DNA from: a virus
Direction: 5' to 3' (one strand)
Virus record (IMG/VR): IMGVR_UViG_3300037483_001012
Span: 48,715 to 112,714 of that record
DNA: 64,000 nucleotides
Part shown: positions 18,840 to 27,302 of the stretch, one piece after another
How positions within the stretch are numbered: the stretch's first letter is position 1
Layout of the letters: the number at the start of each line of letters is the position of its first letter
Position numbers and translations under genes: made by a program
Notes under the pieces: model-generated
Databases searched by the model: none
Told to the model about the DNA's origin: nothing
What the model saw: only the letters and a program-made list of their open reading frames with translations

Positions 18840-19199
18840 ATGACCGCAGGTCCCGCAATCTCATTCCGCTCCCTCAACGGTAAATACGTCGGCGTCTATG
18901 CTTTGCCCGGCGATCAACGCTGGCGGACCGTAGGCGCCAACGGCAAGGACAGCCTGTTCGACACCGCGCGCGAGGCCGAGGCTATCGCCGGCCACGTCCT
19001 ATGTGCCAAGATTCATCAATCGCCAGCCGTTCTCCAAGAGCCGCACCGGCAGGAACTGCATGCCCTGCTCAATGACCTGGTCGACTGGCATGCCATGATG
19101 GGCGGATTCGAGGCCCCGGTGTGGGGGCGCGTCGAGAAAATGCGGGAGCGCGTGGCGGCGCCGCCGGCCAGGCCCCGCCTTGTCGCGGGAGGGCGGTGA
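18840..19199 (+). CDS. Hypothetical protein
   Basis: Hairpin + GGAGG RBS before MTAGP. Confidence 0.75.
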   Translation: MTAGPAISFRSLNGKYVGVYALPGDQRWRTVGANGKDSLFDTAREAEAIAGHVLCAKIHQSPAVLQEPHRQELHALLNDLVDWHAMMGGFEAPVWGRVEKMRERVAAPPARPRLVAGGR

Positions 19200-19200
19200 T

Positions 19201-19452
19201 ATGGCATCCATCGCAATCATCGCACCAGACGGCAACAGCGTTGTCGGCCTATCGCACGAACGCTTGTCGGCTCGCGCCTTAAATCGCATGGCCGCACGAG
19301 TCGGTAATCTCATGGCTGTGCCTGGCATCCGCTATGACAATTCAGTGTGCAGGGGCCTGAACTGGCCACTGCGCTTCCAACTGGTGACCGTAATTATCAA
19401 TGGCCGCTGGCGTACATTCGATCCAGACTATCTGCCGGCCGAGTTTTGGTAA
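19201..19452 (+). CDS. Hypothetical protein
   Basis: Starts 1 nt after the upstream stop. Confidence 0.6.
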   Translation: MASIAIIAPDGNSVVGLSHERLSARALNRMAARVGNLMAVPGIRYDNSVCRGLNWPLRFQLVTVIINGRWRTFDPDYLPAEFW

Positions 19453-19475
19453 AAAATAATCAGGAGGGCAATGCG

Positions 19476-19793
19476 ATGAACGACCACAATGCTAGCGCCG
19501 CATCCAATGAATGGCCGGTCCGCCGCTTCCTCGATCTCTCCACCGCGCACCTGCGCCCCGAAACGCGCTCGCTCTGGATGGAATGCTTCTGCGCAAAAAG
19601 CTTCCCTGGCACGGTTCTGATCGGCGAGCACGGCTGGATGCTGCACGTCCCGGAACGCAACACGGATTGGGACTACCGGTGCGGCGCGGAACTGTTCGCC
19701 ATCTTCGACAAGGCCCGCTCGCTCAGTTGTGACTACGTGCTGTTCGACGCTGACGGCAGCATGATCGATGGTCTTCCAGTCTTCAACGATTGA
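19476..19793 (+). CDS. DUF5983-like protein
   Basis: FLDLSTAHL...GW..VP...CDYVLFDADG pattern; GGAGG RBS. Confidence 0.7.
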   Translation: MNDHNASAASNEWPVRRFLDLSTAHLRPETRSLWMECFCAKSFPGTVLIGEHGWMLHVPERNTDWDYRCGAELFAIFDKARSLSCDYVLFDADGSMIDGLPVFND

Positions 19794-19839
19794 TTGACCT
19801 CAACGAAAACCGCCGACATCAACCAAGAAGGAGATTCCC

Positions 19840-20175
19840 ATGATTGCCTACTGCTACGCGTCCGGTCTGATCCAATTCGGCCGCAAGACACCCGACGGCG
19901 CCATAGCGATCGCGGCCGGCCCGGCGAAGCCGTTGCGCGATCTGATCGACGCCCGCGCTCGCCACGGCTACGAGACCAGGAAGGTCAAGGGGCGGCCGAC
20001 GAAGATCCCCGGTACCGAATGCCTGCTGGTGCCCGGCGTTCCCGAGGCGCCAGACCAGGAAGCCGGCGGCGACGCGCTGGGCGCGTTCTGCAAGTGGATC
20101 GGCGAGAAGCCGCCGAAAGGCATAACGGTATTCGGCATGCGTCCGAGCCGCCGGCCTGGCCGCAAGGCCGCCTGA
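19840..20175 (+). CDS. Conserved phage protein (often annotated 'host nuclease inhibitor')
   Basis: AYCYASGLIQFG...ARHGY...LLVPGVPEA; AAGGAG RBS. Confidence 0.6.
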   Translation: MIAYCYASGLIQFGRKTPDGAIAIAAGPAKPLRDLIDARARHGYETRKVKGRPTKIPGTECLLVPGVPEAPDQEAGGDALGAFCKWIGEKPPKGITVFGMRPSRRPGRKAA

Positions 20176-20212
20176 GTAACACCAGATGACCGAACATAGT
20201 CAGGAACCGAAC

Positions 20213-20587
20213 ATGGGCAAAAAAACAATCCAAACCTTGCTTGACCTGCTTAATCCGCTACACGGCGCGCTCGATAAGCGGACGATGGATTTGCGGGAAG
20301 AAAACTACCCCGCCGATTTCTGCCGCGACGACGAGATTGATGTGATCGTTACGCGGGGGATGGAGCGCGATCTGACGCAAGCAGTCTCTATCCTCGAAAA
20401 CCGTCTCACCACGGCGGACGACCTGATTGATACGGTCGAGGCAATGCAGTCCTTCATTGGCATCATGTTCGGGCAAGGCCCAGACGCCATCATTCCCGAA
20501 ACGGTCAATGCACCCATCGGCATCCCGATCAAGGTCGGTGACCTCATGCGCTCAGTTTCCGCCATTGTCGCGCGGGCCAAAGCGTAA
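20213..20587 (+). CDS. Hypothetical protein
   Basis: AGGA RBS, MGKKTIQ. Confidence 0.7.
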   Translation: MGKKTIQTLLDLLNPLHGALDKRTMDLREENYPADFCRDDEIDVIVTRGMERDLTQAVSILENRLTTADDLIDTVEAMQSFIGIMFGQGPDAIIPETVNAPIGIPIKVGDLMRSVSAIVARAKA

Positions 20588-20627
20588 TTCGCACATAACC
20601 CGCAACCGATTGGCACAGGAGAGACCG

Positions 20628-20774
20628 ATGGCCAAGAACACCTACCCGAAGACCGACCGCATCCGCGAACTCCGTGAACAGAAATGGGAGCGCGACCAAG
20701 CCGCGTTGCGGGCGACCGCGTCCAGCCCCAGGCCGGCCGTGAAGCCGGCGCGCCGCAAGCGGGCGAAGAAGTAA
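20628..20774 (+). CDS. Small basic protein
   Basis: AGGAG RBS; MAKNTYPKTDRIRELRE...RRKRAKK. Confidence 0.6.
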   Translation: MAKNTYPKTDRIRELREQKWERDQAALRATASSPRPAVKPARRKRAKK

Positions 20775-20782
20775 CCACGATC

Positions 20783-21208
20783 ATGGCCGCTTCCGTCTCC
20801 GAGATCTCCGACATGTTCGCCCGCGCCAGCTTGTCTATGGCTGCTGCCGAGATCAAGGCCCTGACGAAAGAGGAGATGATCGACTCTTATATTCTCGCAA
20901 TCGGCATACATCTTAAGCGCGCCGAACGACTGATAACGCTCGCCTCGCGCCTCAACGCGTCGTCGCGCCTCCCCCGTCGGGCAATCGCCATCACCGCGAT
21001 TAACCAAGCGAGCAAACGGGTGATAGCGGCTGAAACTTGCGACGTCCTATTGAGGGCCGTTGACGCGACAAAAGGCGCCCTGCCCTGGTCGGACGATCCG
21101 TACTCGCCGAACATCAAAGACAAGATCGCTATTATTCAGGGTTTCTTGAATGCGCCACCAGCAAGAAAGCCGCGGGCGCGTGACATGGACGACGAGATTC
21201 CATTCTGA
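20783..21208 (+). CDS. Hypothetical protein with SSB-like DDEIPF tail
   Basis: Ends in DMDDEIPF. Confidence 0.65.
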   Translation: MAASVSEISDMFARASLSMAAAEIKALTKEEMIDSYILAIGIHLKRAERLITLASRLNASSRLPRRAIAITAINQASKRVIAAETCDVLLRAVDATKGALPWSDDPYSPNIKDKIAIIQGFLNAPPARKPRARDMDDEIPF

Positions 21209-21254
21209 TATCCACGACCCGTCCGGAATCGACCGAACGACATAGGAGGAAGCA

Positions 21255-22586
21255 CTGAACACACATTTCCAACCCGGCGCCTTGGCGCTCCAGCGCCGTC
21301 TCTCCGACGTGGTCGCAGAGTACGATCAAAAACGGGTTGCGCTCGACCAGGCCTTGGTCGATTTCAACACCGCCGGCGAGGCGCTCAAGATGGCCGCCAC
21401 CATCGGCGGCACCTATGGCGACACGAACATAGAAACCGGCCACGTGTATGAGCGCGAGCTATCCACCAGCCTCTTGCGATCGGCATGGAAACATGTCTAC
21501 GCCGGACTCAACATCGCTGTTCTCGCCAGCCCGAAGGATAAGCGGCGGTTTGAACAATCGCTGACAGACCCTGCACCCTTCACAATCGACAACATCCGGG
21601 CGAGCTTTGGCACTTACATCCTCGACCCGCGCGCGGCTATCTTGCGCTCCATGGCCGAAGTGTTCTGCGATCTGGACCCATTCTACCGCAGTCACGAGAA
21701 GATGAAGGTCGGCGTTAAGGGCCTGCCGAAGCGCGTAATTCTCAATTACATGGGCGACTACAGCAGCCACGGCAGGGAGAAGGTCGAGGCGATCATCAAT
21801 GCGATGGCGGCGTTCGAGGGAAAGCCGCTGGTGACGTGGCGCGAAATTAGCGCGCTGCTCAAAGACGAACGCGCCCTGGTCGAAGACGGAGACCTCCCCG
21901 CTGATCGCACTTGGGACGAGCCTGTCAAGGTCATCGGTCGAGGCATCCGCCTGCGCCGGTTTGGCAACGGCAATGGCCACTTGTTCTTTGAGCCGGCGGC
22001 GCTGCGCACGATCAACCTCGCATTGTCAGAATACTATGGTGAGATCCTGCCTGACTGCGCCGATGACGCGCCCGACGCGCCGCGAGCGTCAACCGCCGTC
22101 GCCAAGGACCTTCAATATTACCCAACACCGGCGAAGGTTGCCGCCGACGTGGTGACCGAGGCCTACGTCAAGAAAGGCGACCTGGCGCTTGACCCTTCCT
22201 GCGGTTGCGGTCGCCTGCTCGACGCGGCGCGTGCTGCCGGCGCCAAGGTGGTTGGCATTGAGGTTGATCCGCTCCGCGCCGCCGAGGCCATGCGTAAAGG
22301 CCACCGCGTCATGGTGGCCAACTTCCTCGATACCGTTCCGACGCCGACCTATGACGTCGTGCTGATGAACCCGCCGTTCTACGGCAAACACTACGTCAAG
22401 CACGTAGAGCACGCCCTCAAATTCCTAAAGTCTGGCGGCAGGCTGATCGCAATCCTGCCGTCGACCGCACGCTATGACCATGGGTTGGTGGATGGCAGTT
22501 GGCGCGACTTGCCGGTCGGCTCATTCAGCGAGAGCGGCACGAATGTGAACACCAGCGTTCTGACGATCCACAACAGGGAACGGTGA
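21255..22586 (+). CDS. DUF4942-like domain + N6-adenine DNA methyltransferase
   Basis: YYPTP, DPSCGCG, MNPPF; AGGAGG RBS is spaced for an in-frame CTG start at 21255. Confidence 0.85.
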   Translation: MNTHFQPGALALQRRLSDVVAEYDQKRVALDQALVDFNTAGEALKMAATIGGTYGDTNIETGHVYERELSTSLLRSAWKHVYAGLNIAVLASPKDKRRFEQSLTDPAPFTIDNIRASFGTYILDPRAAILRSMAEVFCDLDPFYRSHEKMKVGVKGLPKRVILNYMGDYSSHGREKVEAIINAMAAFEGKPLVTWREISALLKDERALVEDGDLPADRTWDEPVKVIGRGIRLRRFGNGNGHLFFEPAALRTINLALSEYYGEILPDCADDAPDAPRASTAVAKDLQYYPTPAKVAADVVTEAYVKKGDLALDPSCGCGRLLDAARAAGAKVVGIEVDPLRAAEAMRKGHRVMVANFLDTVPTPTYDVVLMNPPFYGKHYVKHVEHALKFLKSGGRLIAILPSTARYDHGLVDGSWRDLPVGSFSESGTNVNTSVLTIHNRER

Positions 22587-22589
22587 GTA

Positions 22590-22916
22590 ATGGACCTTCC
22601 CAAAAACGTCGGCATCGTCATGCCCTTCATCGACTCGGCGATGGAGGAGTTACGCTGTGTCGACAAAGGCAATCACTCAATCGCCGTGGTAGTCTCTACA
22701 GTCAGAGAAGCCATCAAGCAACTGGTGGCGGCGCAGACGCTGATTAAATTCTTCAACAGCGAACTAACCGACGCCACCATCGATGATGTCTGCAACGATC
22801 TCCACACCGGCTATGCCGTGGTTAACGGCCGGATGTTTCGAGTGGCCAGCCCATCGTTTTCGCATGGCCACAACTCCATCGAGATCAAGCTTACGCTGCT
22901 GTCAAAGGGGACATAA
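22590..22916 (+). CDS. Hypothetical protein
   Basis: ORF in operon, lower GC. Confidence 0.65.
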   Translation: MDLPKNVGIVMPFIDSAMEELRCVDKGNHSIAVVVSTVREAIKQLVAAQTLIKFFNSELTDATIDDVCNDLHTGYAVVNGRMFRVASPSFSHGHNSIEIKLTLLSKGT

Positions 22917-22919
22917 AGC

Positions 22920-23522
22920 ATGCTAGACAATTTCCTGTCCCTATCTCGCCCGGAGGATTTCGTGGCCACGACGACTGCCGATCTGCGCGCCGCGCGCATG
23001 CTGCTGGGCCTGTCCCGCGTTGAAATGGGTCAACTCCTTGGCGTTGACGCCAAGGAAGTCCAACTTCTCGAGCGCGGGCGAACCCACTTCGTTTTTCGCG
23101 GCCATGCCGCCATGCTTGAGGCCATGCTCGAACAGGTCAACACCCTGCTGCTGGAGCACACCGGCGACGCCGTGCCGGCGCCAGAATTCCTGTTCTGCTA
23201 CCCGAACAACGAGGTGTTCGAGGAAATGGAGCCGGCTCTCTCCAAGTGGATGCGCTTCAATTCGGTGCATCAGATGTTTATGACGCGCGTCATGGACGAC
23301 TGGATGCAGCGCGACCACCGCCCTGTCATCGTCGAGATCGTTCCGAAGCAATACCAGGAATTCATCGCCGTTCGTGGCGGCAAGGACACGATAGGCCAGC
23401 GCACCGCCTGGGCGATGGAGCACCTGAAGGTCATCAAGTATCGGCCTGGCCTGCCGCGTCAGGACTACGAGGGCAAGATCAAATTCGAAGCCACAGACGA
23501 CCAAGGAGGAGAACGAGAATGA
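22920..23522 (+). CDS. Aca2/YdiL (DUF1870)-like helix-turn-helix protein
   Basis: HTH TADLRAARMLLGLSRVEMGQLLGVDAKEVQLLERG, then LFCYPNNEVF, H..F..RV and IV.I....Y..F.....DT...R.AWA, as I recall for DUF1870-type proteins. Confidence 0.65.
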   Translation: MLDNFLSLSRPEDFVATTTADLRAARMLLGLSRVEMGQLLGVDAKEVQLLERGRTHFVFRGHAAMLEAMLEQVNTLLLEHTGDAVPAPEFLFCYPNNEVFEEMEPALSKWMRFNSVHQMFMTRVMDDWMQRDHRPVIVEIVPKQYQEFIAVRGGKDTIGQRTAWAMEHLKVIKYRPGLPRQDYEGKIKFEATDDQGGERE

Positions 23523-23974
23523 CACCCTGGATACTGATCGGATTTTTTGCCTTGGTCGGGGCCATCATGCTCTACCATCACTGGCCGCGCTCCGGGGCGG
23601 CGCTATTTCACCATCGCTATCGCGATTTTGACGCGCGGTGCCGCGCCCGCGGACTCAGTCATGCACAACAGACTGAGGAATTCTTATTCCGCAACGCTTG
23701 GGCGAAGCTACGCCGGCGCAGCTCGGCCATCGTTCTCGCGTCGCCGTCCGATCCGAACAAGGCGATCGCCAAGATCGCGGCCGAAGAGGCTGAATTGCTG
23801 GCGGTGGTCAACAAGCAGGTCGCCAAGAAATTCATCGGCGTCGTAAACGAGGCCGGCCTGTACGAGATCCTTTATCCAGACGCCTATGAAGCCGTCGAGG
23901 CCTGGGGAAAAACCAACATCCCGGTCGCGGAGATCACCGACGACAATATCGCGGCGTTGAAGACTGAGGCCTAG
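23519..23974 (+). CDS. Membrane-anchored hypothetical protein
   Basis: ATGA overlap, N-terminal TM; last gene before the convergent junction. Confidence 0.7.
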   Translation: MTPWILIGFFALVGAIMLYHHWPRSGAALFHHRYRDFDARCRARGLSHAQQTEEFLFRNAWAKLRRRSSAIVLASPSDPNKAIAKIAAEEAELLAVVNKQVAKKFIGVVNEAGLYEILYPDAYEAVEAWGKTNIPVAEITDDNIAALKTEA

Positions 23975-24002
23975 ATCGAATCTCTGCCGTGGTTTTTCGT
24001 TT

Positions 24003-24314
24003 TTATCGATCTGACGGTGGTTTAGGTTGTCTGGCATCCCAAGAAGCGAGACGGCGTACCAGCCAATTAGCCATACGGTCAAGCGTCCAATCAACTAAGC
24101 GATCGAACAACCGATACAGCGCGGTACCCATGAACGCGCGTTTAAATTGGCGCATGGCGAGTTCACGTTCGGCATTATAAGCTATTGATGTCCCACGAAA
24201 CAGACGAACCCTGTCGCGCAAATCGTCATCCGATGCCGGGAGTAGTAGGTCGGCAGGCACCCAACGCCCATCGATTAGGAAAAGGTGGCCTTCGGCGCGG
24301 TATGGATATTTCAT
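24003..24314 (-). CDS. Hypothetical protein
   Basis: GAGGG RBS, MKYPYRAE. Confidence 0.55.
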   Translation of the reverse strand: MKYPYRAEGHLFLIDGRWVPADLLLPASDDDLRDRVRLFRGTSIAYNAERELAMRQFKRAFMGTALYRLFDRLVDWTLDRMANWLVRRLASWDARQPKPPSDR

Positions 24315-24321
24315 CTTTCCC

Positions 24322-24876
24322 TCACGACGTAAACTCGCCGGCCGCACCAGCCATATCCTGCAACAGCTTCTGGAGCGCCTTGACTGTCCTCGAGTTTGGC
24401 GCATCCTTCAGAAAAAGATAGAACACCGCCGCTCGGTTGCACGCTTCCCTGAGCTTGGTGCTGATGACCTTGTTTTCTTCGCCACCAGCCCTGTGGATTT
24501 CCTCAAAGGTCAATCCATAGCCGATCACGGCCTCCATGAGAAGATAGTGTTCCTCACCAAGGTGCTTCCGTAACCGCGTGAGTCTTGCCTGGGTATCGAC
24601 AGCGGTCAGGTTTGCGCCGGCGATCTTCCCACCATCGACGCCTGGCTCGAAGCCGCGGCATCTCATCGTGGAATAGCCGGCCGTTTCAAAATCGCGCTGA
24701 AACTCAGCCGCAGCCGCGAATTGCGGATACGTTATTCCGCCGCTGCGGTAGATCCCGGCCAACGGATTGGACTGGAGGTCGATAGTCACCTTGCCCCCGC
24801 CGGATGGCGGGAAAAATGAGACAAACCTCTGCGCTTTCTTCCGGGCGCGCGCCTTGAGTTCTTTTTTTGTGGCCAT
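24322..24876 (-). CDS. Putative late regulator/antiterminator (DUF6456-like)
   Basis: ITYPQFAAAAEFQRDF...EP.VDGG...; sits at the end of the replication operon. Confidence 0.55.
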   Translation of the reverse strand: MATKKELKARARKKAQRFVSFFPPSGGGKVTIDLQSNPLAGIYRSGGITYPQFAAAAEFQRDFETAGYSTMRCRGFEPGVDGGKIAGANLTAVDTQARLTRLRKHLGEEHYLLMEAVIGYGLTFEEIHRAGGEENKVISTKLREACNRAAVFYLFLKDAPNSRTVKALQKLLQDMAGAAGEFTS

Positions 24877-27302
24877 CACAGGTCCTCGAATGTGGTTAGC
24901 CGCCCGTTCCACCGAAGCGGCCGCTGCTCATACGCCCTGCCACGCCTACGCTTGAGGCCGATTACGTCGGCCCGGTCTGCAACCTTGTCGAGTTTTACTT
25001 GCCACTCCGCGATCTCATGAGGGTCTTTGGAAGACGGACGGTTTTTTCGAAGCCAATTCGCCTCGCGCCAAAGTCCTAAAACCCAATCCGCGTCGCGCTC
25101 GATCGACGGGAAATCGGTATCCAATATGTCCGGTGTCGGGTCGTCGCGACGCTGCGCAGTCCTTGTGCGTTGGGCGAGGACAATTCCTGGAACCTTGATG
25201 CGCTTGAAAAGATTCTTCAGGTCGCGCGTGATTTCCGCGCCTCGCTCAAATCGGTCCCTGTGTCTTGTATCTGATTTGAGCTTGTCTAGTTGGTCGACCA
25301 CAACGGCGGCAAGGCCAACCGTTCGTTTCATCGCCAGACAATGCGCTCCGAGTTGCCTGACCGTGATGGAGTCGACATCCAGAATATATAGTGCGGGCTT
25401 TTGCAGAGCCTCCTCGGCATCCTTAATGGCCTCGGCCTGTGCAAAGTCGAAAGCGCCTTCATTAATCTCCTGCACGGACATCCCACACTCTCGCGCCATC
25501 TCACGGGCGACGATCTGCTCGTCCGACATCTCCATTTGAATACAAAGAACAGGAAGGCCCTGTGCTGCGATATGGCGCGCAATGCACATGGATAGGGCGG
25601 TATTGTGTGTGACTATAAAGTCATTGGTCACATACAGAGAACTAGGATGGCTCACTTTGATGCACTGCGCCTCCGCAATGCGCGTCGGAACTATCGAGGT
25701 CACGGTCCGGTATAGGCTCTGCGGTTTGTTGCAAAGACGTTTTTTCCTGCTCAGGGAAAACGCGTCCGCACCGTTCGCTAGCTTGATTCTCAACTCAAAA
25801 GCATCGCGACACTGGTGCCGTATGCCGCCCTTCTTGTAGTGAGAAGGTTTGGTTCGCATCGTAACGACTGCGCCGAGCGACCGGGCAAGCCAAGCAACGT
25901 CGTCGGCAAGCTGCCGACTGGCTGTGCAGAACCTGGGATCTCCGTTCACGTTCACCCACCCGTCGGTATCCATGAGGCCCTGCAACAGGCGCCAACGGTG
26001 CTTCATGTGGAGTTTGAAATATTCAGCAGGAATGAACTTATCTTGCGATAGCTTGCCGTAAAGTCCGAGGCGCTCTAGCCCTGCCCGAACTTTCGTGTCC
26101 TTCAGGAAACTGTAGGTTTTTGCCGCATTGCCGCGTTTATCGATCTTGGCAATCAGTTTCGTCTTGAGAATCTTTGATACAGCAGAAACTATCTCAGGGT
26201 CAGCGCTTGTCAGTTGAATGGTGCCCCTAGCCAAGGACCCATCTCCGATCAGCACGCCCAGTAAATATGGATCAATAGGCGGACGTTGCCACCGATTGCC
26301 AATAAACTCTATTGGTGCCACGACCGGAATGTTGAAGCGCGGTTTTCTTGCCCCACCCAAACATTCCATCATTTGCTTGGTGGTGAAGAGTTTTGATCCC
26401 CTCCGACCAGTTACGCGAGATCCTCTGATGTATTTGGCGTGCCCCCTCTTCCACGCCAGCCAGATATGATCTTCAGTAACTTCCGTTGAAGTGCCATCGT
26501 GGAAAGTAACACGATAGAGTTGTCGCTCGCCCAACGGATAGACGCCTATTACAGTAGAAGCAGAACCATCAGGAGACAGCACTAGCGTCCCGACCTTCAG
26601 GCTACCCATTGGTCTGTAGCCAAAAGGTGTCAGCACCGGTGCATCGAGCGGCTGACCTTTCCCATCGCCCTGACTAGCGCAAATAAATCCTAGGTCTTCC
26701 GGCATGATGAGCCCAAGCACTTCGTCAACCGCGGCGAGCCCGGTATTGTAACCTGGAAGAAACTCGCCACCCTTGGCGCGGAACGCCGACGCCACTACCG
26801 CCTTGGCGATTTCGCCTTCCTTGATCGGGCGCCTCGGTGCCGACACGTGCATCACGTCAAGGATCGCCAGTTCCGCCTCCCCGGCCACGTCGATCGCCGG
26901 TTGATCGGCCTTCTTTATAGACTTGAGCATGGCGTGCGCGATCGCTTCGATCCGTCGCATATTCGCGGATTCCGCGATGCTCTCGGCAAAGTCGATCGGA
27001 GTGGTTACGTCTTCCGCGTTCCTAATGTAATTGTGGATCAGGAGATCCATCATCACGCCGTTGTGGTCGGGCGGAAGCCGGCTCAACAGCAGCACCAGGC
27101 TCAGTCGCTTTCCTTCCTCACAGATATCGCGCACCACCCCGAAAATTTGCTGGTGTAGCGGGTCGGTAAAGTGCTCCTGCTTGATCTTGTCAGCGACGGT
27201 CCAGTAGGCCTGCTCGCTTTTCAACAGCGCGCCGATCACCGCCTTTTCGGCCGCGAGATTTGACGTCACCATCGAAGTAAAGGCTGCGCGCGCTACTGCC
27301 AT
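24876..27302 (-). CDS. dnaB: Replicative helicase DnaB with intein
   Basis: NLAAEKAVIGALL, Walker A GDGK/T split by the intein, QMEMS, VVDQL, LAQ, IERDAD. Confidence 0.93.
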   Translation of the reverse strand: MAVARAAFTSMVTSNLAAEKAVIGALLKSEQAYWTVADKIKQEHFTDPLHQQIFGVVRDICEEGKRLSLVLLLSRLPPDHNGVMMDLLIHNYIRNAEDVTTPIDFAESIAESANMRRIEAIAHAMLKSIKKADQPAIDVAGEAELAILDVMHVSAPRRPIKEGEIAKAVVASAFRAKGGEFLPGYNTGLAAVDEVLGLIMPEDLGFICASQGDGKGQPLDAPVLTPFGYRPMGSLKVGTLVLSPDGSASTVIGVYPLGERQLYRVTFHDGTSTEVTEDHIWLAWKRGHAKYIRGSRVTGRRGSKLFTTKQMMECLGGARKPRFNIPVVAPIEFIGNRWQRPPIDPYLLGVLIGDGSLARGTIQLTSADPEIVSAVSKILKTKLIAKIDKRGNAAKTYSFLKDTKVRAGLERLGLYGKLSQDKFIPAEYFKLHMKHRWRLLQGLMDTDGWVNVNGDPRFCTASRQLADDVAWLARSLGAVVTMRTKPSHYKKGGIRHQCRDAFELRIKLANGADAFSLSRKKRLCNKPQSLYRTVTSIVPTRIAEAQCIKVSHPSSLYVTNDFIVTHNTALSMCIARHIAAQGLPVLCIQMEMSDEQIVAREMARECGMSVQEINEGAFDFAQAEAIKDAEEALQKPALYILDVDSITVRQLGAHCLAMKRTVGLAAVVVDQLDKLKSDTRHRDRFERGAEITRDLKNLFKRIKVPGIVLAQRTRTAQRRDDPTPDILDTDFPSIERDADWVLGLWREANWLRKNRPSSKDPHEIAEWQVKLDKVADRADVIGLKRRRGRAYEQRPLRWNGRLTTFEDL
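25602..26657 (-). mobile_element. Intein (352 aa) with LAGLIDADG endonuclease in the DnaB P-loop, class 3-type
   Basis: GQPLDAPVLTP...VTEDHIW...LLGVLIGDG...LQGLMDTDG...AQCIKV...VTHN/T. Confidence 0.92.

Larger units (their letters stand above)
7668..21240 (+). repeat. Dispersed family of 18 RBS-proximal stem-loops, core GG-AATNGH-CC
   Basis: Core decamer starts at 7672, 7937, 8374, 9209, 9446, 9880, 10884, 13131, 13740, 14261, 14539, 15171, 15384, 15614, 16916, 18330, 18806, 21225; each intergenic, with a variable but paired stem, followed by GAGG/GGAG and a start codon. Confidence 0.92.

Noticed and set aside
7668-21240. Hairpin repeats as a CRISPR array
   Set aside because: Spacing is gene-sized and irregular, only about 10 nt are conserved, and no cas genes are present.
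25178-25187. Minus-strand GGAATTGTCC in dnaB
   Set aside because: Inside conserved coding sequence (PGIVL), with a minimal stem and no RBS; likely chance.
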